A stretch of DNA of 64,000 nt, from positions 15,069 to 79,068 of the forward strand of contig JAHKAJ010000035.1 of the NCBI GenBank assembly GCA_018826075.1, given 5' to 3'. How positions within the stretch are numbered: the first letter of the stretch is position 1; every line of letters begins with the position of its first letter. The DNA comes from Candidatus Omnitrophota bacterium. Its GTDB lineage: Bacteria; Omnitrophota; Gorgyraeia; Duberdicusellales; 4484-171. The notes under the pieces were generated by a model. The model made no database searches. It was not told the origin of the DNA and worked only from the letters and a program-made list of their open reading frames with translations. Of this stretch, positions 18,662 through 28,345 are shown in pieces. A program made the position numbers and the translations under genes.

Positions 18662-19515
18662 AGATGAATAAGAGCTTAGACCAGAAAATAGGCTTTAGTT
18701 TGATTTTTTCGATGATGCTGATCACTTTATTTTTTCTCGGTTCCTTAGTATACTTTATTGCTGTCCGGGGGGCCGGGATAATTTCCTGGCAGTTTTTGAC
18801 TGATGTGCCCCGGGAAGCGATGACTAAAGGCGGCGTAGCCCCGGCAATCGTAGGCACCTTTTACCTCATGCTGGGTTCAGTGCTGGTAGCTTTGCCTTTA
18901 GGGGTGGCTTGTGCGATCTATCTTTGCGAATACAGCCCCAAAAAGACAATCGTCAACCTTATCCGGATAAGTATCAACAATTTAGCCGGAGTACCTTCAG
19001 TGGTTTTTGGCCTTTTTGGCCTGGCGGTTTTTGTAAAGTTTTTTGGCTTCGGCGTTTCGATTCTTTCCGGATGCCTTACATTAGGGATAATGGTTTTACC
19101 TAACATTATCTCGGCTTCCCAGGAGGCTTTGATAGCGGTTCCCCAATCTCACCGTGAAGCTTCCCTGGCTTTGGGCGCGACCCAATGGCAGACTATAAAA
19201 AAGGTAGTGCTTCCCGGCTCTTTGCCCGGTATTTTAACCGGCGTTATTTTAAGTATCGGCCGGGTGGCTGGAGAAACCGCACCGATTCTTTTCACCGCCG
19301 GCACTTTCTATATGCGGGGTTTTCCCAAATCGCCGCTATCTGAAACCATGGTTTTACCTTACCATATCTACGCTTTAATGACTGAAGGGGTACATCCTGA
19401 ATTTCAAGTTAAGATTGCTTATGGCTGCGCTTTTATTTTATTAATTCTGGTATTGTTAGTTTCGTCTTTCGCCATCATTTTACGTCAACAACAAAGGAGT
19501 CGTTATGGAATCTGA
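18658..19515 (+). CDS. pstA: Phosphate ABC transporter permease PstA
   Basis: [22 protein letters not shown]. Confidence 0.95.
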   Translation: MKMNKSLDQKIGFSLIFSMMLITLFFLGSLVYFIAVRGAGIISWQFLTDVPREAMTKGGVAPAIVGTFYLMLGSVLVALPLGVACAIYLCEYSPKKTIVNLIRISINNLAGVPSVVFGLFGLAVFVKFFGFGVSILSGCLTLGIMVLPNIISASQEALIAVPQSHREASLALGATQWQTIKKVVLPGSLPGILTGVILSIGRVAGETAPILFTAGTFYMRGFPKSPLSETMVLPYHIYALMTEGVHPEFQVKIAYGCAFILLILVLLVSSFAIILRQQQRSRYGI

Positions 19516-20266
19516 GTTAAAGATCAGGCTGGAAACAGTCAATTTTTTTTATGGTAAACAGCAGGCTTTGAAAGATATTAGTTTTGAGGTCTATAAAAAT
19601 AAAGTCACCGCGGTCATCGGGCCTTCGGGCTGCGGTAAATCTACTTTGATCCGGCTGTTTAACCGGATGAACGAGCTTATTCCTAATACCCGCTTGGAAG
19701 GAAAAATCCGCCTGGACCGACAGAATATCTACGAGCCGCAGGTCGATGTGGTCGAATTGCGCCGGCGAGTAGGGATGGTTTTTCAAAAGCCCAACCCTTT
19801 TCCCAAGTCGATCTTTGAAAATGTCAGTTATGGCCTGGCCGTCAACGGCATAAAAGACCGGGACTATCTGGCCGAAAAGGTAGAACGCAGCCTTAAGGAT
19901 GCGGCTTTGTGGAAAGAGGTCAGCGGCCGTTTGTACAAAAGCGCTTTAGCTTTATCCGGCGGCCAGCAGCAGCGGCTTTGCATTGCCCGGGCTTTGGCAG
20001 TCGAACCGGAGGTGATTCTTTTTGACGAGCCCTGTTCGGCTTTAGACCCCACGGCTACTTTAAAAATAGAGGAGTTGATCCAGAGGCTAAAGGAAAAATA
20101 TACCATTATTATCGTAACTCACAATATGCAGCAGGCTGCCCGGATTTCTGATCAAACTGCTTTTTTAATGCTTGGCGAATTAATAGAATATGATTTAACC
20201 AATAAGATTTTTACTAGTCCTTCTAAAAAAATAACTGAAGATTATATTACCGGGAGGTTTGGTTGA
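19505..20266 (+). CDS. pstB: Phosphate ABC transporter ATPase PstB
   Basis: [38 protein letters not shown]. Confidence 0.97.
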   Translation: MESELKIRLETVNFFYGKQQALKDISFEVYKNKVTAVIGPSGCGKSTLIRLFNRMNELIPNTRLEGKIRLDRQNIYEPQVDVVELRRRVGMVFQKPNPFPKSIFENVSYGLAVNGIKDRDYLAEKVERSLKDAALWKEVSGRLYKSALALSGGQQQRLCIARALAVEPEVILFDEPCSALDPTATLKIEELIQRLKEKYTIIIVTHNMQQAARISDQTAFLMLGELIEYDLTNKIFTSPSKKITEDYITGRFG

Positions 20267-20267
20267 G

Positions 20268-21380
20268 ATGAAAGAAATTATAATACTGTTTGTCTGCGTT
20301 GAGAATTCCTGTCGCAGCCAGATGGCTGAGGGTTGGGCTAAGGAGTTTAGCCGTCAGGCAGGTTTAGATTTTATTAAAGCTTATAGCGCCGGCTCAAACC
20401 CTTCAGGTAAAGTTAATCCTGAAGCAGTTAAAGTGATGCAGGAAGCCGGAGTGGACATCAGCGGAGCGTTTTCTAAAGGGTTCGCCTATTTAGCCCAAAA
20501 GGATATAGATATAGCAGTTACTCTTGGCTGTCAGGATACGTGCCCTTATTTACCGTCAGATAAACATTTGCAGTGGGACGTCGAAGATCCCAAAGCTAAG
20601 AATATCGATAGTTTTCGTCAGGTCCGTGATATAATTAAAGAGAAAGTTAAGACTTTAATCAAAGAGTTGTTTTATCAAGCTCAATCAGGAGGAGAGATTA
20701 TGGAACGCAGTTTTGACGATGCTTTGAACAAGTTAAACGATGATATTTTAAAAATGGCTGCTTTAGCTGAAGAAGCGATTTATAAATCAGTTGAGTCGTT
20801 AAAAAACCAAGATAAAAAACTGGCCCAAAAGGTCGTCGATGACGATCAAAAGATTGATGAATTGGAGATTGCGGTTGAAGAGGAGGCCATTGATCTTTTA
20901 GCGCTTCAGCAGCCAATGGCTAGAGACCTAAGGTTTATTACTACCGGCATGAAGATTAACGCTGAACTTGAGCGGATTGCTGACCTGGCAGTTAATATCG
21001 CCCAGAGGGTTTTAGATGTCGTTGATAAACCCTTAGTTAAACCTTTAATCGATATACCTAAATTGGCTGAAGTCAGCCGGAAAATGGTTAAAGGAGCAAT
21101 CGATGCTTTTGTTAAGCGCAGTGAAGATTTGGCCCGGCAAGTTATTATGATGGATCCAGAAGCTGACTGCCTGCGTAATAAAATTTACGATGAACTTATT
21201 AATGATTATATGATTAAAGATGGGGCAACCGCCCCTCGGGCAGTTCCACTTATCCTGATTGCCAGGCATTTAGAAAGGATTTGTGACCACGCCGGCTATA
21301 TCGCCGCTGATGTTATCTACATGATTAAAGCTAAGGTAGTGAAGCATCATCCTGAACGCTTGAAAAATAACCATTCCTGA
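20268..21380 (+). CDS. phoU: Fusion of arsenate reductase ArsC (LMW-PTP fold) and PhoU
   Basis: N-terminal CVENSCRSQMAE...GCQDTCP...EDP; from 20700 PhoU (QQPMARDLR, ELERIADLA, HLERICDH). Confidence 0.9.
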   Translation: MKEIIILFVCVENSCRSQMAEGWAKEFSRQAGLDFIKAYSAGSNPSGKVNPEAVKVMQEAGVDISGAFSKGFAYLAQKDIDIAVTLGCQDTCPYLPSDKHLQWDVEDPKAKNIDSFRQVRDIIKEKVKTLIKELFYQAQSGGEIMERSFDDALNKLNDDILKMAALAEEAIYKSVESLKNQDKKLAQKVVDDDQKIDELEIAVEEEAIDLLALQQPMARDLRFITTGMKINAELERIADLAVNIAQRVLDVVDKPLVKPLIDIPKLAEVSRKMVKGAIDAFVKRSEDLARQVIMMDPEADCLRNKIYDELINDYMIKDGATAPRAVPLILIARHLERICDHAGYIAADVIYMIKAKVVKHHPERLKNNHS

Positions 21381-21404
21381 AACTTTTGAACCTGATTTTT
21401 TTCC

Positions 21405-21451
21405 TTGACAGGATTGTGAATAGTGTTACTATTTATAAAAAGGTAATACTA
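21405..21451 (+). promoter_or_regulatory. nikR promoter overlapped by a NikR operator
   Basis: TTGACA(21405)-16 bp-TACTAT with extended TG; GTGTTAC-N13-GTAATAC palindrome at 21423-21449. Confidence 0.8.
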
Positions 21452-21918
21452 TGCCGAAGGTAAACCCCGTTAGAAAAAAATCCCCTCGAAAGAAAAATCC
21501 ATTTTCTAACGGGGTAAAACGATTTGGCGTTTCTTTGGAAGAGGATTTGTTGAAGGAACTGGACGCTTTGGTAAAAGCCCATAAATTTCCCAACCGCTCG
21601 CAGGCAGTCCGTTCTTTGATCAGAAATAGTGTTGTGGTCCAGAATTGGGAAGATAATAAAGAGGTCGCCGGCTGTCTGGTCATTGTTTACGATCATCACA
21701 AGCGCGACCTGATGAATAAATCGGTAACTTTGCAACATGCCTATGAAGAGTTAGTATTGTCGGTCCAGCATGTCCACTTAGACCACCACAATTGCTTAGA
21801 GATGGTTGCACTTAAGGGTAAAGCCAGCAAATTAAAAGAATTGGCCGATAAGCTAATCGCTCTCAAAGGAATTAAACACGGGCAGCTGGTAATGAGCAGT
21901 GTAGGTAGCGTCAAATAA
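21451..21918 (+). CDS. nikR: Nickel-responsive regulator NikR
   Basis: RHH domain (RFGVSL, NRSQAVR), YDHH, HVHLDHHNCLE. Confidence 0.95.
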   Translation: MPKVNPVRKKSPRKKNPFSNGVKRFGVSLEEDLLKELDALVKAHKFPNRSQAVRSLIRNSVVVQNWEDNKEVAGCLVIVYDHHKRDLMNKSVTLQHAYEELVLSVQHVHLDHHNCLEMVALKGKASKLKELADKLIALKGIKHGQLVMSSVGSVK

Positions 21919-21955
21919 TTTTTTTCATTTGGTTTATAAATAATGGAGGTGAGGT

Positions 21956-22873
21956 ATGCATATTCCTAATGCTATGTTACAGGGGCAGATTTGCCCGGTT
22001 ACTGCGGTGGCCAGTGTTATCGGTATTGGCTTAGCAGCTTGGAAGGCTTTTTCATCTAAAGAGAAACCGGCAGCTTCCCGATTCGCAGCAATCACGGCTT
22101 TAATTTTTGCTGTTCAAATGATGAATTTTTCGATTAGTGGAGGTACTTCCGGACATTTACTTGGCGGTGTGCTCGCGGCTGCGTTGCTGGGTATTCCCTT
22201 TGGTATTTTATCTATAGCGCTTGTGGTAACGACACAATGTTTAGTTTTTTCTGATGGGGGATTTATTGTATTGGGTGCAAATATACTTAATATGGCTATT
22301 ATTGGTGCTGGCCTGGGAGGGCTTATTCAGGCGTTTCTTAGTAAAGGTTTGCCTATAAAATCGGTCCGACAAGCAGCTAGCCTTGGACTTACCAGTTGGC
22401 TTGCGGTGATGATGGCAGCTTTAGCCTGTAGTATCGAATTAGCGGTTTCAGGAACAATTCCTTTCTTCAAAGTTGTCGGAGCGATGCTTGGTACCCATGC
22501 TTTTATCGGTATCGGCGAAGGGTTGATTACTGTCGCGGCCTATTATGTTTTTACTTCTGAACCAGGAAGAGTTTCTCAGAGAAGATCGGCCACGGTTCCT
22601 TTGCTGGCCGCCGGCATAATCGCGTTTGTATTAAGCCCTTTTGCTAGCGGTTTTCCTGATGGATTAGAGTGGGTTGCCGGAAAATTCCAGTTTCTTCATG
22701 AATCATCACCGACTTTTATCAGCCCTTTGTCTGATTACATAGTTCCGGCTGTCAGCAATGAAATGTTAGCTACTGGTTTGGCAGGATTGGCGGGATTAAT
22801 GATTACTTTTTTTATTGCTTGGATAGTCGCCCGCCTACTGGTAAAGCCGGTAAAAATTGGGGTAAGTTCTTAA
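21956..22873 (+). CDS. ECF-type Ni/Co transporter substrate component CbiM/NikM fused to a PDGLE (NikN) domain
   Basis: MHIP N-terminus, GTSGHLLG, EG..T, SPFAS..PDGLE. Confidence 0.9.
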   Translation: MHIPNAMLQGQICPVTAVASVIGIGLAAWKAFSSKEKPAASRFAAITALIFAVQMMNFSISGGTSGHLLGGVLAAALLGIPFGILSIALVVTTQCLVFSDGGFIVLGANILNMAIIGAGLGGLIQAFLSKGLPIKSVRQAASLGLTSWLAVMMAALACSIELAVSGTIPFFKVVGAMLGTHAFIGIGEGLITVAAYYVFTSEPGRVSQRRSATVPLLAAGIIAFVLSPFASGFPDGLEWVAGKFQFLHESSPTFISPLSDYIVPAVSNEMLATGLAGLAGLMITFFIAWIVARLLVKPVKIGVSS

Positions 22874-22936
22874 TTTTTTTCACTGGTGGCAATCACAGGG
22901 TTTAGAGATTAGTTTTATACTTGGGTAGTTTTAATA

Positions 22937-23026
22937 CTGCTACAATGCCTGCCTATGAATATTCCCATAACGACTTTTAGCCGGCCGTTACCGCCTTATA
23001 TACGTAAGATGAAGAGAATAACTTAG
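22937..23026 (+). pseudogene. Degenerate miaB 5' stub with leaderless-type promoter (MNIPITTFSR...)
   Basis: CTGCTACAATGCCTGCCTATG matches CTGCTATAATACCTGTCTATG before the 40377 stub; first 11 codons are 21/33 nt identical to the 41197 stub. Confidence 0.45.
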
Positions 23027-23053
23027 ATCCGGGTGTGTGAGGTAGGGGCTGTC

Positions 23054-23120
23054 TTATCCCGCCTCGGCTAAATATGCGGTAAATTCTCTTCGATAATTTT
23101 CCGCAACCTCGGCGGGATTA
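23054..23120. repeat. REP-like long hairpin
   Basis: ATCCCGCC...GGCGGGAT outer stem with inner TGCGG.AAATT/AATTTTCCGCA stem. Confidence 0.6.
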
Positions 23121-23184
23121 ATTCGGCCTAATATTTTTTTGTGCTCTTTCAGCTTGAAAAAATATTGGCCTCATTAAAAAATAC

Positions 23185-23236
23185 TTGACAGAGTAGCGTA
23201 TCTGGGTATAATTGATAACGGAAACCATTTCTATTA
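23185..23236 (+). promoter_or_regulatory. fur promoter with a downstream Fur-family operator
   Basis: TTGACA-16 bp-TATAAT, then TGATAACGGAAACCATTTCTATTA. Confidence 0.75.
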
Positions 23237-23247
23237 AGGAGAAATAA

Positions 23248-23721
23248 ATGCCAAGAGGTAATTGCCAAGGACAAGGGTGGTGGCATGGAAAATTCAAGGG
23301 TTGTGGATACAGACTCACGGCTGGCCGGGAGGCTATCCTTGATATCTTGTCTAAATCCGAAGGCCACTTAAGCGCTGAAGATATCTACATGAAGATTCAT
23401 TCCCGCTATCCTAATGTTGGGCTTACCACTATTTATAGGACATTGGAGGTGTTGTCTAACCTTGGCATGGTGCATAAGCTTGATTTTGGGGATAGAAGAG
23501 CGCGTTATGAGTTAGCTGAAGGGCCTGAAGGCGCGCATCATCACCATCATTTAGTTTGCACCGATTGCAACAAAGTGGTTGATTATACGGACTTTATCGA
23601 TGAAGAGGTAGAACTCTTAAGAGAAACCGAGAAAGGTTTAGGCGCTAAATATAATTTTCAGATTACTAATCACGTTATCCAATTTTACGGCTTATGCGGC
23701 AAATGTAGCGGTAAGAAATAA
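23248..23721 (+). CDS. Fur family transcriptional regulator
   Basis: HLSAEDIY, TTIYRTL, HHHHHLVCTDC, GLCGKC. Confidence 0.93.
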   Translation: MPRGNCQGQGWWHGKFKGCGYRLTAGREAILDILSKSEGHLSAEDIYMKIHSRYPNVGLTTIYRTLEVLSNLGMVHKLDFGDRRARYELAEGPEGAHHHHHLVCTDCNKVVDYTDFIDEEVELLRETEKGLGAKYNFQITNHVIQFYGLCGKCSGKK

Positions 23722-23737
23722 CCGCTATATTTTTTTC
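23706..23737 (+). terminator. Weak terminator after fur
   Basis: TAGCGGT/ACCGCTA stem plus T-run. Confidence 0.5.
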
Positions 23738-23739
23738 TC

Positions 23740-23763
23740 TGATAATGGAAATGGTTTTCACTA
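23740..23763 (+). promoter_or_regulatory. Second Fur-family operator
   Basis: TGATAATGGAAATGGTTTTCACTA, similar to the site at 23213. Confidence 0.7.
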
Positions 23764-23781
23764 ACTAAACGGAGGTGCAAT

Positions 23782-24132
23782 ATGCCGGGTTTTGACGGAA
23801 CAGGTCCTATGGGGCAAGGTGGGATGACAGGGGGTGGAAGAGGGTATTGTGCGGTTAATCTAAACGGCACAGGCGCAAGGCAAGGAGTTGAGCGTGGATT
23901 CTTCAGAAGAGATGGCGGCCGCGGGCACAGGAATTGTTTTTACGCAACAGGTTTTTCGGGATGGATGAGGGCTCAAAGAGGCATGCAGGCGTTTGGCGGT
24001 TTTGGCCGCATAGGATTAAAGGAGAATGAATTAGCGATTTTTAAAGATCAGGCCGATTATCTTAAAGATGAGCTTGAGGCTGTACAGGCACGTGTCCAGG
24101 ATCTAGAGGGTAAACAAGAAGCGGGGAAATAG
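23782..24132 (+). CDS. DUF5320 family protein
   Basis: MPGFDGTGPMGQGGMTGGGRGYC N-terminus, C-terminal coiled coil. Confidence 0.85.
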   Translation: MPGFDGTGPMGQGGMTGGGRGYCAVNLNGTGARQGVERGFFRRDGGRGHRNCFYATGFSGWMRAQRGMQAFGGFGRIGLKENELAIFKDQADYLKDELEAVQARVQDLEGKQEAGK

Positions 24133-24168
24133 TTGTTTTAAAGATTAATTAAGGAAGGAGATTGAAAT

Positions 24169-24546
24169 ATGAGAGTTGGAGTTGTGTTAGAAGATGAGAA
24201 TGGTGTGCAGGGTAATGTCTGTGCGCATTTTGGACAGTGCAAATTTTTCTTCTTGGCCGATATTGATGAGGATAAGAAGAAGATTACAGGTACTCGCATT
24301 GTGCCGAATACCGCTTCGCATGGCGGAGGTGGATGTGTAGCGGTGGATGAGATATTGAAGTACAAAGTTACCCATGTTATTGCTGGAGGCATGGGGATGG
24401 GTGCCCAGCAGAAATTTTCGCAAGCCGGGGTACAGGTATTCGGCTATTCCGGTAATGTGCAAAAAGCTATTGATGATTTTATGAACAATACCTTAGGAGG
24501 CCTTGACGCTTGTAAGGATCATGGCCTTGGCGAAAGCTGTTATTAA
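24169..24546 (+). CDS. NifB/NifX (dinitrogenase FeMo-co biosynthesis-like) domain protein
   Basis: HFGQC, VIAGGMG motifs. Confidence 0.85.
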   Translation: MRVGVVLEDENGVQGNVCAHFGQCKFFFLADIDEDKKKITGTRIVPNTASHGGGGCVAVDEILKYKVTHVIAGGMGMGAQQKFSQAGVQVFGYSGNVQKAIDDFMNNTLGGLDACKDHGLGESCY

Positions 24547-24560
24547 AAAGGAAGGTTTAA

Positions 24561-24935
24561 ATGAAAATATGTATTACTTCAGAAGGTAAAACTTTGGATT
24601 CCAAAGTTGACCCTCGCTTCGGCCGGTGCCAGAATTTCATTTTTTTCGATATTGATAACGGTAATTTTGAAGCGCAGGAGAATGCAAACGCTCAGTTTCA
24701 GGGTGGAGCTGGTATTCAGTCAGGTCAGTTTGCGGTATCCAAAGGAGTCAAGGTCGTTATTACCGGAAACGTCGGGCCCAACGCGCATCAGGTCTTATCA
24801 GCCGCAGGAATCAGTATATACACCGGAGTTTCCGGAACGGTAAGAGAAGCGATCGACGGCTACAAAAACGGAAAATATAAACCCGCAGCTGCTCCGAGTG
24901 TGGGTTCAAAATTTGGCATGCCGCCAAAAAAATAG
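24561..24935 (+). CDS. NifB/NifX family MTH1175/orange-protein-like protein
   Basis: DPRFGRC, GGAGIQ, TGNVGPNA. Confidence 0.87.
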   Translation: MKICITSEGKTLDSKVDPRFGRCQNFIFFDIDNGNFEAQENANAQFQGGAGIQSGQFAVSKGVKVVITGNVGPNAHQVLSAAGISIYTGVSGTVREAIDGYKNGKYKPAAAPSVGSKFGMPPKK

Positions 24936-24946
24936 AAAAAGAAAGT

Positions 24947-24988
24947 ATGAATTGTCCTAAATGCGGTACAACAATAATAAGAGAATAA
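24947..24988 (+). pseudogene. Zn-ribbon remnant (MNCPKCGTTIIRE)
   Basis: 13-codon ORF with CPKCG between operon genes. Confidence 0.5.
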
Positions 24989-24997
24989 AGGTAAACA

Positions 24998-25609
24998 TTG
25001 GAAAAAGAAGTTTTAGAAAACCATCAGAGGTATTTAGAACGGAAAGCCTTATATAAAAGTTTTGGCTGCGATATCGATAAAGAACGCGAATTTATTATTG
25101 CCAAAGCCCAGCCTCTTTACGGAGATATTTTAGAAGCCGGAACCGGTAAAGGGCATTTTGCGTTTAGCCTGGCCAGGCAAGGTTATAAGTTTACTACTTT
25201 CGATATTTCCGAGGAAGAACAGAATTTTGCAAAACTTACTTTAAAGTATTTTGATTTAGATAGCTTTGTTGAATTCAAGATCGAGAACGGCGAAACTTTA
25301 AGTTTTGAAGATGGAATATTTGATATTATTTTTTCTATAAATACACTCCATCATCTTATAAATCCATATAAGGTTATCGATGAAATTATCCGCGTGCTTT
25401 CTTTTGAAGGTAAAATTATCTTGAGTGATTTTACCAGGGAAGGTTTTCAACTAATGGATAAAATACACAAAAATGAAGGCAATATCCATCAAGTAAGTAA
25501 AGTTACCTTAGCAGATATAGAGAAATATTTGAGTACCAAAGGCTTTAGAGTAGAAAAATATAAAAGCCGATTTCAGAAAGTTTTAATTGCCTACCAACAA
25601 TTAGTATGA
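24998..25609 (+). CDS. Class I SAM-dependent methyltransferase
   Basis: LEAGTGKG, FDIS, NTLHH. Confidence 0.88.
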   Translation: MEKEVLENHQRYLERKALYKSFGCDIDKEREFIIAKAQPLYGDILEAGTGKGHFAFSLARQGYKFTTFDISEEEQNFAKLTLKYFDLDSFVEFKIENGETLSFEDGIFDIIFSINTLHHLINPYKVIDEIIRVLSFEGKIILSDFTREGFQLMDKIHKNEGNIHQVSKVTLADIEKYLSTKGFRVEKYKSRFQKVLIAYQQLV

Positions 25610-26460
25610 TTATTTCAGTAGCCAGCGGTAAAGGCGGGACCGGTAAGACCACGATAGCTGTAAATCTTGCCCTATCTATAAAAGGAGAGGTGCAGTTTTT
25701 AGACTGCGATGTAGAAGAACCGAATGCCCATATTTTTTTAAAACCCGAAATAACAGAAACCAAAAAAGTTTATATCCCGGTTCCGGAAATTGACCAGAAT
25801 AAGTGTAACTATTGCGGTAAATGCCGCGAGGTTTGCGTCTATAACGCTATCGCGGTTATAAAAGGAACTGTAGACAAAAAGGGTAGTATCTTGGTTTTCT
25901 CAAATCTTTGTCATGGCTGCGGGAGCTGTTCCTATTTCTGTCCGGAAAGCGCGATAAAGGAAGTAAATAAGGAAATAGGCGAAATTGAAATAGGCACAGC
26001 TGGAGCTATTCAATTTATACACGGGCGATTGAATATAGGTGAAGCGATGGTTCCGCCGGTCATAAGGCAAATAAAAAAACATATTAATCCAACGCGTACA
26101 GTCGTTATTGATGCCCCTCCCGGTACATCATGTCCTGTAGTCGAAACGATAAAAAGAAGCGATTTTTGCGTACTGGTTACCGAACCGACACCGTTTGGCT
26201 TGAACGATTTAATGCTGGCCGTGGAAGTCTTACGTAAGCTCAAAGTGCCTTTTGGAATCGTGATTAACCGCTCGGATTTGGGCAATGAAAAAACAGACGA
26301 GTATTGCGAAAAGGAGGATATTCCTATTCTTATGCGTATACCCTTTAAAAAGGAGATAGCAGTTGCCTATTCTAAAGGTGAACCGATTGTGAAAACGTTT
26401 CCCGAATACAGAAAAGATTTTGAAGAGCTTTTTAATAAGATTAAAGGTTTATTAAATTAG
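25606..26460 (+). CDS. MinD-superfamily P-loop ATPase with inserted 4Fe-4S ferredoxin domain
   Basis: SGKGGTGKT, DCDVEEPN, CNYCGKC..VC, CHGCGSC..FCP, DAPPGTSCP. Confidence 0.92.
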   Translation: MIISVASGKGGTGKTTIAVNLALSIKGEVQFLDCDVEEPNAHIFLKPEITETKKVYIPVPEIDQNKCNYCGKCREVCVYNAIAVIKGTVDKKGSILVFSNLCHGCGSCSYFCPESAIKEVNKEIGEIEIGTAGAIQFIHGRLNIGEAMVPPVIRQIKKHINPTRTVVIDAPPGTSCPVVETIKRSDFCVLVTEPTPFGLNDLMLAVEVLRKLKVPFGIVINRSDLGNEKTDEYCEKEDIPILMRIPFKKEIAVAYSKGEPIVKTFPEYRKDFEELFNKIKGLLN

Positions 26461-26461
26461 A

Positions 26462-27313
26462 ATGAAACAAATTGTTGTCATAAGCGGAAAAGGTGGAACC
26501 GGCAAGACTGTGATTACGGGCGCGTTCGCGGCGCTGGCGAAGAATAAAGTTATGGCTGACTGTGATGTGGACGCGGCCGATCTATATCTTTTGCTGAAGC
26601 CGTCTATCAAAGAAAAGCATGAATTTAGAAGCGGCAAAACAGCAGTTATCGATAAGGCTAAATGCATTCAGTGCGGTAAATGTATTGAATTATGCCGTTT
26701 TGCTGCCATAAGTAAGGATTTTATTATCGACCCTATTTCTTGTGAAGGTTGTGCCTTTTGTAGTTTTGCTTGTCCGGCAGGCGCTATCAGGATGGAAGAA
26801 AATACTTCAGGCGAGTGGTTTATCTCTGATACTCGTTTTGGCCCGATGGTTCACGCTAAGCTGGGTATAGCCGAGGAAAATTCAGGCAAGCTTGTTTCTT
26901 TGGTGAGAAAACAGGCAAAAGAATTAGCAGATAATAGTAATTGCGATTGGGTCATTGTTGATGGTGCCCCGGGGATAGGTTGTCCGGTCATAGCGTCTCT
27001 TTCGGGTGTAGATTGTGCTGTAGTTGTTACCGAGCCAACATTGTCAGGTTTGCATGATGCCGACAGGGTTATTAAACTAGTTAAACATTTTGGAATTTCA
27101 GTCAAAGTAGTTGTAAATAAATATGATCTTAATTCAGAGATGACCGATAAAATTGAACAGTATTGCCAGGATAACAATATCGATTTAATTGGAGAAATTC
27201 CTTTCGATAAAGCAGTAGTGGAAGCTATGGTTGAAGCTAAGACTATTATTGAATATAAGGATACGGCAGTTAAGGATGAGATTCGCAGAATTTGGGAAAA
27301 ATTACAAGTTTAG
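26462..27313 (+). CDS. Second MinD-superfamily P-loop ATPase with 4Fe-4S domain
   Basis: SGKGGTGKT, DCDVDAAD, CIQCGKC, CEGCAFC..ACP, GAPGIGCP. Confidence 0.92.
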   Translation: MKQIVVISGKGGTGKTVITGAFAALAKNKVMADCDVDAADLYLLLKPSIKEKHEFRSGKTAVIDKAKCIQCGKCIELCRFAAISKDFIIDPISCEGCAFCSFACPAGAIRMEENTSGEWFISDTRFGPMVHAKLGIAEENSGKLVSLVRKQAKELADNSNCDWVIVDGAPGIGCPVIASLSGVDCAVVVTEPTLSGLHDADRVIKLVKHFGISVKVVVNKYDLNSEMTDKIEQYCQDNNIDLIGEIPFDKAVVEAMVEAKTIIEYKDTAVKDEIRRIWEKLQV

Positions 27314-27325
27314 AATAAGGATTTT

Positions 27326-28300
27326 ATGGATAGACGGGATATCCATGTACTAAAATATTTTTCATCTTTTGTGAGCGTCTCGCATGGGAAGGTTATTAAT
27401 ATTACCGAGCCAACACTTGCTTTTTGCCCACTGGCAGAACATCTATATAAGGATTTTAGTGGTATTCGGGTTAACGATAAGGAAGCTATTAAAGATTCGA
27501 TAAAAAAAGTGATTGAGTCAAAAATAAAAGACTATGGTTTCTTTACCGATGAGAGAAAAATTTCATTTGATGATGTTGCGATTCGGTATGGCGCCTCAGA
27601 GATGCTCATGTTTGCGTTAAAAAAAGGCGCGATAGACGCTGCAGTTGTAGTTTGTGAAGGGGCGGGGACGGTTATTACGAATAAACCGGAAATTGTCCAG
27701 GGTATAGGCGCCCGAATGAATAGCCTATTGTTAACTTCACCCATCCAAAGGATCATTAAGAAACTTAAAACTGTTGGCTGCCAAGTGATATTTGAAAACG
27801 CGCTTATCGATCAGGTGCGGGGAGTTAAGGAGGCGATAAAAGCAGGATATAAAACCATTGCTGTTACTGTATGTGGTAATTCAGCTGAGGATTTAAAAGC
27901 ATTACGTTTGTTGGAGAAAGAAAGCGGCGTTAGAATAATTTTATTGGTAGTATGTACGACCGGCCTGGCTAAAGATAAGATAACTTTGGTACGCGATTAC
28001 GCTGATTTGGTGTGGAGTTGTGCTTCTTTCGATATAAGACAGATGATTGGGCCTTTAGCCAAATGTCAGCTTTCCGAGCAAATACCTGTTTTTGTCTTGA
28101 CGAAAGCGGGAATGGACTTTGTTTCTGCTTACGCTGACGAAAGCGGCGTAGTTAAAAACCTGGATATTAGAAAACAATACCTTTTTTCAAATAAGTCTGG
28201 CGGGCAATGCGTTCATTTAGGAAGTTATAAAGTGTTTATCAGCGAGTCTAAATTACCGGTTAATACCCGGAATATGCCGATTTTCCAGGATAAAAACTAA
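27326..28300 (+). CDS. DUF2099 / methanogenesis marker protein 8-like protein
   Basis: EP...FCPL, YGASE, VVVCEGAGTV, VQGIGARM...TSPI. Confidence 0.75.
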   Translation: MDRRDIHVLKYFSSFVSVSHGKVINITEPTLAFCPLAEHLYKDFSGIRVNDKEAIKDSIKKVIESKIKDYGFFTDERKISFDDVAIRYGASEMLMFALKKGAIDAAVVVCEGAGTVITNKPEIVQGIGARMNSLLLTSPIQRIIKKLKTVGCQVIFENALIDQVRGVKEAIKAGYKTIAVTVCGNSAEDLKALRLLEKESGVRIILLVVCTTGLAKDKITLVRDYADLVWSCASFDIRQMIGPLAKCQLSEQIPVFVLTKAGMDFVSAYADESGVVKNLDIRKQYLFSNKSGGQCVHLGSYKVFISESKLPVNTRNMPIFQDKN

Positions 28301-28345
28301 TACACATCTGTGTAGACAAAGAATCGCTGGCGGGAATATACCCAT

